Assembly (NCBI GenBank): GCA_009840135.1
Contig: VXOH01000008.1
Location: 5,450 to 69,449, forward strand
Length of the DNA stretch: 64,000 bases
Direction: 5' to 3'
Origin: Chloroflexota bacterium
Lineage (GTDB): Bacteria; Chloroflexota; Dehalococcoidia; Lucifugimonadales; UBA3495
Shown: positions 11,446-20,654 of the stretch, piece after piece
Numbering within the stretch: position 1 is the stretch's first letter
Layout of the letters: each line of letters opens with the position of its first letter
Translations under genes and position numbers: made by a program
Notes under the pieces: generated by a model
Database searches by the model: none
Told to the model about the DNA's origin: nothing
The model's input: the letters and a program-made list of their open reading frames with translations, nothing else

Positions 11446-12288
11446 CTACCTCCGTTGGAGCCTTCTTCGCAGGTGGCGAGCTTCGGCGCGGGGCAAGTAT
11501 GCTGCGCGGCAAGGGTACCTCCTCCGCGCCCGGTAGCGGCCGCACCCAGCGCAGCGCCCGCGCCGCCTGACCTGATAATTCCTTCTGGGCTCGGTGTCGG
11601 CCTCGGACTCCGGGGACGCTTCCCTTCCTCCGCCCGGTCTCAGCAGCACCCAGCCCAGCAGTGCCAGCCCGGAAACGATAGAAGCGTCGGCCAGGTTAAA
11701 AATGGGCCAAATGCCTATGTCAATGAAGTCGGTTACCGCACCCAACCGGAAACGGTCCAGCAGATTACCCACGGCGCCGCCGAACTGGAGGGCAAGGCTG
11801 AGACGGAGCAGATTGCCGGGCCGTTCCTGGCTATGATAAATCAAGGCCAGAACGGCTATACCCACAAAGGAGACAAAAATCAGCGGCGTGTTGAACCCCT
11901 GCAGGATGCCGAAGGCGCTGCCGGTGTTTTCCGCATGGGTAAAACGGAAGAATCCCGTCGCCGGATAAGAATGCCCGAAGGGCAAATAAGCCCGGACCAG
12001 GAACTTGGTCAGTTGGTCCAGCAGGAGGAAAATAGCCGCGAGTTGGAGGAGGTCGAAATCCCGGTAAATCGGCCGTTTGCGAAAGACCGGTTTCCCTTCA
12101 GGTTCTGAAGCAGCCACGGGAGCGACCGACGTCGGTGTGGCAGCAACGCTGTCGCTTGTCGCAGGCCCGGTACTCGGAGATTCACTGTGGGAGTTGCTGC
12201 CAGGCGTCCTGGGTTCTTCTAATTGGGAAAAGCCGTCAACTGTCTCGGAGCCTGGCTGGTTTTCCTCCTGGTCGTGGGACTGTTGCAT
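11446..12288 (-). CDS. lspA: Signal peptidase II (lipoprotein signal peptidase) with a low-complexity N-terminal extension and an Arg-rich C-terminal tail
   Basis: The core reads FRFTHAENTGSAFG ... GGAVGNLLDRFRLGAVTDFID ... IFNLADASI, with the catalytic Asp residues. The ATG at 12288 is preferred over the TTG at 12339, which lies inside the upstream hydrolase gene. Confidence 0.85.
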   Translation of the reverse strand: MQQSHDQEENQPGSETVDGFSQLEEPRTPGSNSHSESPSTGPATSDSVAATPTSVAPVAASEPEGKPVFRKRPIYRDFDLLQLAAIFLLLDQLTKFLVRAYLPFGHSYPATGFFRFTHAENTGSAFGILQGFNTPLIFVSFVGIAVLALIYHSQERPGNLLRLSLALQFGGAVGNLLDRFRLGAVTDFIDIGIWPIFNLADASIVSGLALLGWVLLRPGGGREASPESEADTEPRRNYQVRRRGRCAGCGRYRARRRYPCRAAYLPRAEARHLRRRLQRR

Positions 12289-12295
12289 CGGGAGA

Positions 12296-12937
12296 CTACT
12301 TGAGATTCTCCGCGAAAAATTCGGCGACCGGCCCCACAAGCTGCCGCTCCAAACCGCCCCAGAAATGATCGGCGCCGTTCACCACCTCATAACGGGGAGA
12401 GCGGGCAAAGGCATCCAGGTTGTCCTGCAGATCTTCGGCTTCTACCAGTTTGTCGCGGCTTCCGGTGATAATCATCGTGGGAGTCTTCGACTTTTTCAGG
12501 GGGGTGTCGGAAAGAGCTCGAATATTGGGGGAAACGAGGGCAATGCTCCTGGCTTTCTTCTGCACGGCGGAACTGCCCAGAATCACCGATGTGCCAAAAG
12601 AGTAGCCAACCAGGCCCAGCTTGCCGCCATCTACGTTGGGCCAGGCTTTCATCAAATCGAAGGCTCCCAGCACTTCCTGGTGTTCCTGCTCTCCCTTGGT
12701 GTGCTCGCCGTCACTGTTGCCCACGCCCCGGAAATTGAACCGGATAGTAGCGAACCCCTGCTCGACCAGGGCGAAGGAAACGGCAATGACAACATTGTTG
12801 TCCATGTTGCCGCCAAACAGAGGGTGGGGATGGCAAATTACCACGCCTGGAATGGGGCTGCCCACGTCGTCGGGCGTGGCGACTATACCCTCGAAATTCA
12901 TTCCCTTGGCCTTGAAACTGACCGCGCTTTGCCGCAT
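12296..12937 (-). CDS. Alpha/beta hydrolase (COG2945-like)
   Basis: 213 aa. The segment GVVICHPHPLFGGNMDNNVV and the nucleophile elbow GYSFG are present. Confidence 0.7.
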   Translation of the reverse strand: MRQSAVSFKAKGMNFEGIVATPDDVGSPIPGVVICHPHPLFGGNMDNNVVIAVSFALVEQGFATIRFNFRGVGNSDGEHTKGEQEHQEVLGAFDLMKAWPNVDGGKLGLVGYSFGTSVILGSSAVQKKARSIALVSPNIRALSDTPLKKSKTPTMIITGSRDKLVEAEDLQDNLDAFARSPRYEVVNGADHFWGGLERQLVGPVAEFFAENLK

Positions 12938-13051
12938 TTGCCGTCCTCCAGGGGACCCACCTGTTAACTCAGTTCATATTAGAAGACTCATTAGAGTTTG
13001 GCAAGGAATCCTGCTAGAATAGCCGGAATCCTTCATACGGGAGCGCCATAC

Positions 13052-14113
13052 ATGAACGTGATTGATTTGCGGAGCGATACCATCACCCACCCTACGGATG
13101 CCATGCGGCAGGCAATGGCCGAAGCCGAGGTGGGTGACGATGTCTACGGGGAGGACCCTTCAATAAATTTGCTTGAGCAGAAGGCCGCCCAGCTGCTGGG
13201 CAAGGAGGCCGGCCTGCTGACGGCCAGCGGGACCATGAGCAACCTGGTAGCTGCGCTGACCTATTGCCACCGGGGCGATGAAGTCATTATGGGCGACCAG
13301 GCCCACATGTTCTGGAACGAATCGGCTGGCGTGTCCGCGTTGGCCGGGGCGCAGGTTCGCCTGGTGCCAAATGACGACCAGGGCCGAATTGACCCCCAGG
13401 ATTTGGCCGCAGCCATCCGCCCCAGGGGCAACGTACACATGCCACCCACCACCATGGTGTGCCTGGAAAACACCCACAACCGATGCAGCGGCGCCGCCCT
13501 CACGCCCCAGGACACCAGAAGGGTAGCCGACGTAGCCCACGAGGCCGGCGCCAGCGTACACATGGACGGGGCCCGCATCTTCAACGCGGCAGTGGGGCTG
13601 GAAGTGCCCCCAAGCGAACTGGTGAAGGATGTGGACGACGTGTCTTTCTGCCTTTCCAAGGCGCTCAGTTGCCCGGTTGGGTCCGTCCTTTGCGGGACCG
13701 AGGAATTTATCGGGGAAGCGCGACGCTGGCGTAAAATGGTTGGCGGGGGCATGCGGCAGGCCGGGGTGCTAGCGGCAGCGGGACTGGTAGGCCTGGACAC
13801 CATGATAGAGCGTCTGGCCGATGACCACGCCAATGCTCGCCGGCTGGCCCAGGGTCTTTCGCGAATTGAAGGCATCAACGTTGATCCCGAAAGCATCCAG
13901 ACCAACATTGTTATATTTGAGATTGATCCATCCATCGGAACCGCTCCGGAAGTGCTGCAAGCGCTGGCGGAGGCAGGCGTTAAGGTAACTCCTTCCCGCA
14001 CCCAGACCCTGAGGATGGTAACCCACCGCCAAATCAGCGGGGATGACGTAGAAGACGCCCTGGCAAGGGTTTCGGAGGTGATGGAGAAACTTGGAGCGAC
14101 AAGAAGCAGTTAA
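13052..14113 (+). CDS. ltaE: Low-specificity L-threonine aldolase (PLP-dependent)
   Basis: The N-terminus reads MNVIDLRSDTITHPTDAMRQAM..GDDVYGEDPSIN and the PLP lysine context is FCLSKALSCPVGS. The ATG at 13052 is preferred over the track start at 12998. Confidence 0.85.
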   Translation: MNVIDLRSDTITHPTDAMRQAMAEAEVGDDVYGEDPSINLLEQKAAQLLGKEAGLLTASGTMSNLVAALTYCHRGDEVIMGDQAHMFWNESAGVSALAGAQVRLVPNDDQGRIDPQDLAAAIRPRGNVHMPPTTMVCLENTHNRCSGAALTPQDTRRVADVAHEAGASVHMDGARIFNAAVGLEVPPSELVKDVDDVSFCLSKALSCPVGSVLCGTEEFIGEARRWRKMVGGGMRQAGVLAAAGLVGLDTMIERLADDHANARRLAQGLSRIEGINVDPESIQTNIVIFEIDPSIGTAPEVLQALAEAGVKVTPSRTQTLRMVTHRQISGDDVEDALARVSEVMEKLGATRSS

Positions 14114-14265
14114 GTTAAGTGTGTGGGCGATTCGTTAACCGGCGGGCGTAGGTGACGGGCAGGTTTTTGATTGGAGGATTTGTCCTGCACCCCATCGCCA
14201 CGTCTGTCCCGGCTTGAATTAGCTGTAGCGACTTCAGTAAAGACATGGACGATTAGGAGAATACG

Positions 14266-14853
14266 ATGGCCAACATTTCCCTCGACAAGTCAAGAACGGC
14301 GCTGCTGATTGCCGACTTCTACGCTGAGATGATGAACACCATTCCTCATGCCATTGACCGGGGAGTTGTAGGCAAGACCCAGGAGTTGCAGCAAGCGGCG
14401 AGGGCTGCGGGGATAATGGTCTGCTATTCCGCCACTGTTTTCCGGCCGGGCTATCCCGAGATAAGCGAGCGTAACAAGACCTTCAGCCAGCGCAAGGCGT
14501 CGGGCCAACCGGCCATTTTCGACCCATTGCAGGTCATACATGAAGCGGTCCGACCGGCCGACGGGGAAGTAGTGGCGGGGAAGCACCGGGTCAACGCCAT
14601 GTTTGGCACAGACCTGGAAATGTCCCTGCGAGCCAACAACATTGATACCCTGGTAATTCTCGGCTATGCAACCAGCGGGGTCGTCCTCTCCACAACTCGC
14701 TATGCGTCCGACGCAGACTTCCGGCTGTTCATAGTGGAAGACTGCTGCTCGGACCAGGACCCGGAAGTGCATGACTTTCTGACGCAGCGCATTTTTCCGC
14801 GCCAGGCAGAAGTAGTTACCGCGGCGGACGTGATTCAGGCATTGTCCGGCTGA
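14266..14853 (+). CDS. Cysteine hydrolase / isochorismatase family protein
   Basis: 195 aa. The N-terminal TALLIADF, the segment LVILGYATSGVVLST and the catalytic Cys context EDCCS are present. Confidence 0.75.
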   Translation: MANISLDKSRTALLIADFYAEMMNTIPHAIDRGVVGKTQELQQAARAAGIMVCYSATVFRPGYPEISERNKTFSQRKASGQPAIFDPLQVIHEAVRPADGEVVAGKHRVNAMFGTDLEMSLRANNIDTLVILGYATSGVVLSTTRYASDADFRLFIVEDCCSDQDPEVHDFLTQRIFPRQAEVVTAADVIQALSG

Positions 14854-16208
14854 CCTTCCCCGGAGTTTCCCCACCACTCCCGGACCCGGCGCTCAATTTC
14901 CTGCTCCTTCCCTTCGGTGGAAGGCTCGTAATAGCGCGCGTCTGCCATCGCGGGGGGCAGGTATTCCTGCTCTACGAATCCGCCCGAGAAATCATGGGCA
15001 TAACGGTACCCCTTGCCGTATCCCATTTCCCTCATCATGCCGGTCACCGCGTTCCTGAGATGCAGGGGTACCGGGTCGTTGGGCTTTTTTCTGACGTCAT
15101 CCAGGGCCCTTTCCAGGGCCATATATGCGGAGTTGCTCTTGGGCGAGGTCGCGAGAAATACCGTTGCCTCGGCCAGCGGAATGCGCGCTTCGGGCATGCC
15201 GAGGAAATGCACTGCCTGCTGGGCAGCCACCGCCAGGGGCAGAGCCTGGGGTTCAGCGAGACCAATATCTTCAGAGGCCAATACGACCAGCCTGCGGGCA
15301 ATGAAGAGCGGGTCTTCTCCGGCTTCCAGCATTCTGGCCAGCCAGTAAATTGCGCCGTCCGGGGAGGAACCTCGAACCGACTTGATAAACGCGGAAATAG
15401 TGTCGTAATGCCCTTCCCCAGCCTTGTCATACAAGGGGGACCTGCGCTGGAGGGCATCAGAAATGACCTCCATGGTTATTTCACGGCTGCCCGAGTTTGA
15501 ATCCGAACCTGCCTCCCCCTGAAGGGCGAAAGCGGCCGTTTCCAGGGCGTTCAGGGCAACCCGGGCGTCGCCATTGGAAATATTGACCAGATGTTCTAAA
15601 GCGTCGCCGGCCAGGCTGACTTCAAGGGTTCCCAGTCCCCGCTCCCGGTCTTCCAGGGCGTTCCTTACAATGCTGCCTACCTCTTCAGCCGTCAGCGACT
15701 GGAGGGTAAAAACGCGGCAACGCGAAAGCAGGGGAGCGTTAACTTCAAAGGAGGGATTTTCCGTGGTAGCTCCGATGAAAGTGACCGTACCGTCTTCCAC
15801 ATGGGGAAGGATGACGTCCTGTTGAGCCTTGTTGAAGCGGTGTATTTCATCAACGAATAGGATCGTTCGGCCCCGGTACATCCCCTGCCGTTCCCTGGCC
15901 TCGCCTACAATGCGGCGTAGGTCGGCAACCCCGGAGGTCACGGCGCTTACCGGTTCAAAGGTGGCCTGGGTTGCGGTGGCGACGAGCCGGGCCAGGGTTG
16001 TCTTGCCGCTGCCCGGCGGCCCCCAGAGAATGAACGAGGGCAACCTGTCGGCGGCGAGGGACCGGCGCAACACCCGGTCCTGGCCCAGCACATGCTCCTG
16101 CCCCTGGAATTCTTCGAAAGTCCTGGGGCGCATCCTTTCCGCCAGGGGGGCAGTTACCCCGGCCTGCTGCCGTCGCCCAAAATCGAACAGGGAGTCCGCC
16201 GAAGCCAA
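14835..16208 (-). CDS. rarA: Replication-associated recombination protein A (AAA+ ATPase)
   Basis: The Walker A motif is GPPGSGKTT and the Walker B motif is LFVDEIHRFNK. The MgsA C-terminal motifs DAHYDTISAF-like and YRYAHD are present. Confidence 0.9.
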   Translation of the reverse strand: MASADSLFDFGRRQQAGVTAPLAERMRPRTFEEFQGQEHVLGQDRVLRRSLAADRLPSFILWGPPGSGKTTLARLVATATQATFEPVSAVTSGVADLRRIVGEARERQGMYRGRTILFVDEIHRFNKAQQDVILPHVEDGTVTFIGATTENPSFEVNAPLLSRCRVFTLQSLTAEEVGSIVRNALEDRERGLGTLEVSLAGDALEHLVNISNGDARVALNALETAAFALQGEAGSDSNSGSREITMEVISDALQRRSPLYDKAGEGHYDTISAFIKSVRGSSPDGAIYWLARMLEAGEDPLFIARRLVVLASEDIGLAEPQALPLAVAAQQAVHFLGMPEARIPLAEATVFLATSPKSNSAYMALERALDDVRKKPNDPVPLHLRNAVTGMMREMGYGKGYRYAHDFSGGFVEQEYLPPAMADARYYEPSTEGKEQEIERRVREWWGNSGEGQPDNA

Positions 16209-16215
16209 CAGGGGC

Positions 16216-17229
16216 CTACTTGAAGTGAGGAATAACCTCTTCCGCGAAAAGTCGCATCGAGGCTTTAACGTCTTCGTTGGGCATTAACCCGCCGGCGGCG
16301 AACCAGCACATGAATTCGTCCGCGCCCAGCAACTCCTTGATTTCTTCCAGCTTATCAATAATCCTGTCGGGACTACCCATGGCAGAGAGCTCCGTAGAAA
16401 CATGCTCATAACTCAAATCGCGGGTCCGTCCGGTAATTACCCGCGACCGGTTGCCTTCCAGAATGGATAAGTAATTTCGGACACTGGCCTCGAATTCCCG
16501 GTTGGCGCTGCCGTTCTCGTCGCGGGAGGCGTGTACCAGTACATTTATGTTTACCTTTTTCTCGGACGGGTTGTGCCCGTTCTCCACCAGGCGCTTGCGG
16601 TACTCCTTGAGACCTGATGTCGCGCCGTCCAAGGTCACCACAATGGGAGCAATCAATATATTCTGCCCCAACTCCCCAACCATGGGGAAAGTGTCCACGC
16701 TGTTGGAGGCTATATAGACGGGCGGATAGGGCTTCTGGTAAGGCTTGGGAACGACTCGCACTCCCGAAACCTGATAGTACTTCCCATCATAATGGAGCTC
16801 GTCCGACGTCCACGCCTTTAGCACCAGGTCCAGCCCCTCCAGGAACCGGTCGCGGCCCTCGTCCACCTGTATTCCGTAGCCCGAGTACTGCTGGAGCATG
16901 GCCCCACGGCCCGTGCCGAGTATGGCCCTTCCTTCGGATATTATGTCCAGGGTGGCAAATTCCTCGGCCATTCTTACCGGATGGTGCAGCGGCAGGAGAT
17001 TTACCGCGGTGGCGATTTTCACCCGGCTGGTGGACTGGGCAATGGCCGAGCCGAGCAGCAGGGGAGCAGGCAGCACGGAGAATCTGGGATTGAAGTGAAC
17101 CTCCGCAAGCCACACCGTGTCGTACCCCAGTTCGTCGGCATACTGGGCCTGGGAGATGATATCCGCATACCGATTTGCCGGCGTCTGGTAGTCGGCACAA
17201 GGTAACTGGTCGAAGATTCCAAATTCCAT
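16216..17229 (-). CDS. LLM-class (luciferase-like) flavin-dependent oxidoreductase
   Basis: The N-terminus MEFGIFDQ, the segment YDTVWLAEVHF and an overall TIM-barrel monooxygenase pattern are present. The ATG at 17229 is preceded by AGGAG. Confidence 0.75.
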   Translation of the reverse strand: MEFGIFDQLPCADYQTPANRYADIISQAQYADELGYDTVWLAEVHFNPRFSVLPAPLLLGSAIAQSTSRVKIATAVNLLPLHHPVRMAEEFATLDIISEGRAILGTGRGAMLQQYSGYGIQVDEGRDRFLEGLDLVLKAWTSDELHYDGKYYQVSGVRVVPKPYQKPYPPVYIASNSVDTFPMVGELGQNILIAPIVVTLDGATSGLKEYRKRLVENGHNPSEKKVNINVLVHASRDENGSANREFEASVRNYLSILEGNRSRVITGRTRDLSYEHVSTELSAMGSPDRIIDKLEEIKELLGADEFMCWFAAGGLMPNEDVKASMRLFAEEVIPHFK

Positions 17230-17302
17230 GCTGGCTCCTATCAACAGGTCCCAGGTCAGATGTCAGGGGGCCATTAAGCTCAAAGAGGGAACGCGTCCGG
17301 CA

Positions 17303-18901
17303 CTACAGGGGAATGTTGCCGTGTTTCTTGGCGGGAAGACTGTCCCTCTTGTTTCGCAGCATTTCCAGGGCGCTGATTATGCGGCCCCGGGTTTCCGCCG
17401 GATCAATTACGTCGTCCAGAAATCCCTGGCCGGCGGCAATATAGGGATTGGTGAACTTTTCCTGGTAATCGGCAATCAGCTCCTGCCGCCGGGCTTCGGC
17501 GTCATCTGCCCTGGAAATATCCTCGCGGTATATTATGTTCACCGCGCCGTCCGGGCCCATAACCGCGATCTCGGCCGAGGGCCAGGCCAGATTAATGTCG
17601 GCGCGAAGGTGCTTGCTGCTCATCACGATATATGCTCCGCCGTAGGCCTTGCGAATTATGACGCTGACCTTGGGGACCGTGGCCTCGGCGTAAGCGTAAA
17701 TCAACTTGGCGCCGTGCCGGATAATTCCGCCGTACTCCTGGTCCACACCTGGCATAAACCCCGGCACGTCAACCAGGGTCACCAGGGGGATGTTGAAGCA
17801 ATCGCAGAATCGGACGAATCTGGCCGCCTTGGACGAAGCGTCAATGTCAAGGACGCCGGCGAGGTAGGAGGGTTGATTACCGATTATGCCCACGGTGCCG
17901 CCGTTAAAGCGGCCAAATCCAATTACAACGTTGGGCGCAAAGTCGGGCTGGACCTCCATGAATTCTTCAATGGGTACCTCTTCGAGTTCTTCTTCCCCAC
18001 CGATATCCACGATCCGATAAATCAGGTCGCGAATATCATAAGGACGGTTGGGTTCGTCCGGTACCAGATACCTCAATTCCGGGTCTAGCCGGTTGACCGG
18101 ATCACCCAGAGAGGCTCGGGGCGGGTCTGCGACGTTGTTGGATGGAAGGAACCCCAGCAACCGCCTTACTTCGGCCAGGCATTCGTCCTCGCTTTCGTGA
18201 ACGAAATGGGCCACCCCGCTGCGGGTAGCATGAGAATTTGCCCCGCCCAGTTCCTCATGGGTTACCTCCGCCCCGGTGACGGCCTTAACCACATCCGGCC
18301 CGGTGATATACATCTGCCCAGTGCCCCTTACCATGAATATGAAGTCGGTAATGGCCGGTGAATAGACCGCTCCACCGGCCGAGGGCCCCATGATGACGGA
18401 GATCTGTGGAATTACTCCTGAATAAAGGGTGTTGCGGAGGAAAATGTCCCCGTAGGCTCCCAGGCTGATAACTCCTTCCTGGATCCGGGCGCCACCCGAG
18501 TCGTTGATGCCGACCAGCGGGCAGCCGGTCTTTCCGGCCAGGTCCATGATCTTGCAGATCTTTTCCCCAACGACTTCCGACAAGGAACCGCCAAAGACCG
18601 TGAAATCCTGGGCGTAGGCGAAAACCTGGCGGCCATCCACCAGGCCGTACCCGGTCACTACCGCATCGCCCATAACCTTTCGGTCGGCCAGCCCGAAATC
18701 GGTTGTCCGATGGGTTACGAAGGAGTCAATCTCCTGGAAAGTGCCCTCATCCATCAGGCGGGTAAGGCGTTCGCGGGCGGTAAGTTTTCCCCTGCTGTGC
18801 TGCTGCTCAATTCGCTGGGCGCCCCCGCCTTGCCGTGCCCGCCGCCGCATCTCCTGAAGGTTGTCAATTTTCTGGTCGATTATGCGTTTCTCGGTGGTCA
18901 A
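17303..18901 (-). CDS. Acyl-CoA carboxylase carboxyltransferase (beta) subunit, propionyl-CoA carboxylase beta-like
   Basis: The segments GGGAQRIEQQHSRGKLTARERL, NDSGGARIQEG and a second CT domain are present. A TTG at 18901 with a GGGGAG Shine-Dalgarno gives the typical N-terminus. The track ATG at 18970 is also possible. Confidence 0.85.
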   Translation of the reverse strand: MTTEKRIIDQKIDNLQEMRRRARQGGGAQRIEQQHSRGKLTARERLTRLMDEGTFQEIDSFVTHRTTDFGLADRKVMGDAVVTGYGLVDGRQVFAYAQDFTVFGGSLSEVVGEKICKIMDLAGKTGCPLVGINDSGGARIQEGVISLGAYGDIFLRNTLYSGVIPQISVIMGPSAGGAVYSPAITDFIFMVRGTGQMYITGPDVVKAVTGAEVTHEELGGANSHATRSGVAHFVHESEDECLAEVRRLLGFLPSNNVADPPRASLGDPVNRLDPELRYLVPDEPNRPYDIRDLIYRIVDIGGEEELEEVPIEEFMEVQPDFAPNVVIGFGRFNGGTVGIIGNQPSYLAGVLDIDASSKAARFVRFCDCFNIPLVTLVDVPGFMPGVDQEYGGIIRHGAKLIYAYAEATVPKVSVIIRKAYGGAYIVMSSKHLRADINLAWPSAEIAVMGPDGAVNIIYREDISRADDAEARRQELIADYQEKFTNPYIAAGQGFLDDVIDPAETRGRIISALEMLRNKRDSLPAKKHGNIPL

Positions 18902-19068
18902 GGCTTCTCCCCGGAACCGGTTCGGCGTAAAGCTCCGCTTTCGGCAGGTACGTTGGAATGCCTGCCCCATTATAACCGATAGCCAGATATAATGAAGAAA
19001 GACTTACCCTCCGGCAGGTTGGCGCATGAGCACATTTCCGGCGCCCCTCGCGCAATCCATAGAAACCC

Positions 19069-19935
19069 GTGAATAGCTTGAAAATCAGCAATCTAACGGA
19101 CATGACCGTCAGCGGAGGAGAACCGCTGGTTTGGGGTGTCCGGACTTACGTCATGGGCATTATCAATCTGAGCCCGGACTCCTTTTCCGGGGACGGCCTG
19201 GGAGCCGACATTTCGGCCATTGTAGAGCAGGCGTTGCGATTCCAGGAGGCCGGAGCGGATTTCATTGACGTTGGGGCTGAGTCCACCCGGCCCGGGGCTG
19301 CACCCATTGCGCCGCAGGACGAAATCCGGCTGCTGGCGCCTGCCCTGGAGGCGTTGAGCCCCGTGGTCAAAATTCCCATCAGCGTGGACACCTACAAGGC
19401 GGAGGTAGCGCGCCGGGCACTGGCCGCCGGCGGCAGCATCATAAACGACGTCTGGGGGTTGAAGGCCGAACCTGAGGTTGCCAAAGTAGCTGCCGAGGCC
19501 GGAGCCCCCCTGATTTTGATGCACAACCAGAAGGGGCGAAGCTACCGCTGTCTGTTGCCTGACGTTAAGGAAAGTCTTTCCGGTAGCGTGCAGATTGCAC
19601 TCGCTGCGGGGGTCAGACGGGAGAACATTGTTCTGGACCCAGGGATAGGCTTTGGGAAGACTCCCGACCATAACCTGGAAATCCTGCGCCGTCTGCAAGA
19701 ATTAAAGGAGCCAGGACTTCCCTTGCTGGTGGGGTCTTCTCGCAAGTCCACCATAGGGTTCGTACTCAATCTCCCTGTGGAGGAGCGGCTGGAAGGAACG
19801 GCCGCAACTGTTTCCTTGTCCATCGCCGGAGGAGCCGACATAGTCCGGGTTCATGACGTCAAGCAGATGGTTCGAGTCTGCCGCATGACCGACGCCATTG
19901 TCAGAGGCTGGAGGCCGGAAAATTGGGGTCGTTAG
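19069..19935 (+). CDS. folP: Dihydropteroate synthase
   Basis: The segments VMGIINLSPDSFSGDG, DVGAESTRPGA and the pterin-binding motifs are present. The start could be the GTG at 19069 or the ATG at 19102. Confidence 0.9.
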   Translation: MNSLKISNLTDMTVSGGEPLVWGVRTYVMGIINLSPDSFSGDGLGADISAIVEQALRFQEAGADFIDVGAESTRPGAAPIAPQDEIRLLAPALEALSPVVKIPISVDTYKAEVARRALAAGGSIINDVWGLKAEPEVAKVAAEAGAPLILMHNQKGRSYRCLLPDVKESLSGSVQIALAAGVRRENIVLDPGIGFGKTPDHNLEILRRLQELKEPGLPLLVGSSRKSTIGFVLNLPVEERLEGTAATVSLSIAGGADIVRVHDVKQMVRVCRMTDAIVRGWRPENWGR

Positions 19936-20468
19936 GGCCTGACTTGATCACGTCTTACCTGGGCCTGGGCTCCAACATGGGAGACCGCTTCTACCACCTG
20001 GAGCGTGCCGTGGTCACTCTGGGTTCGAAACCGGGCATTACGGTCAAAGCATGTTCCTCCATTTACGAAACCGAGCCGTGGGGTTACACCGACCAGGCGA
20101 AATTCCTGAACTGCGCCATAGAAATCTCCACCTCGAAGACGCCTGAGGGATTGCTGAATCTGGCCAAGGAGATTGAAGGGGAAATGGGACGGGAGGCGGG
20201 AATACGTTTCGGTCCCAGAAATATAGACATTGACATCCTGCTCTTCGGTGACCGGGTGGTCAACCTGGCTTCTCCCGACCTTCAGATTCCGCATCCCAGG
20301 ATGACCCAACGGGCTTTTGTACTCATTCCCCTGGCTGAGCTGGCGGGAGACATTCGGCACCCAACCGCCGACGCACGCATATCCGACTTGGCTGCCCTGG
20401 TCGAAGGCAGGGAGGGAGTTCGAATCTGGACCAAGGCAATTACTCTCAATCCAGGCAGGTCGGACTAG
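19923..20468 (+). CDS. folK: 2-amino-4-hydroxy-6-hydroxymethyldihydropteridine diphosphokinase
   Basis: The segments YLGLGSNMGDR, ETEPWGYTDQ, RFGPRNIDIDILLF and IPHPRM are present. It overlaps the folP stop. The start is a TTG at 19923 or 19944. Confidence 0.9.
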   Translation: MGSLGPDLITSYLGLGSNMGDRFYHLERAVVTLGSKPGITVKACSSIYETEPWGYTDQAKFLNCAIEISTSKTPEGLLNLAKEIEGEMGREAGIRFGPRNIDIDILLFGDRVVNLASPDLQIPHPRMTQRAFVLIPLAELAGDIRHPTADARISDLAALVEGREGVRIWTKAITLNPGRSD

Positions 20469-20654
20469 GTATTTGCGTGTTGCGTACAGGTTTGGCGGGC
20501 GCAAACTGTTGACAATCTGACGGCGCTAAAGCATATTTATGGGCAGCGATTTCGTCGTCTGATTGACGGCGTTTTCGTTATGTCTGGCAAAATCAATTAA
20601 TGCAAACGTCGCGGCCATTGGGCGCGACGTGGAAAAGCGGAGGGTGATACTGGA

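Noticed and set aside
11005-12108. A 367-aa + strand ORF overlapping rluD and lspA.
   Set aside because: It is a shadow ORF antisense to two recognisable genes in GC-rich DNA. Its translation is low-complexity and rich in Pro, Arg and Gly.
12077-12967. A 296-aa + strand ORF.
   Set aside because: It is a shadow ORF antisense to lspA and the alpha/beta hydrolase gene, with no recognisable motifs.
17228-18088. A 286-aa + strand ORF.
   Set aside because: It is a shadow ORF antisense to the carboxyltransferase gene, which has clear family motifs.
20418-20426. A tRNA T-loop-like string, GTTCGAATC.
   Set aside because: It lies inside the folK coding sequence, and no acceptor or anticodon stems flank it.
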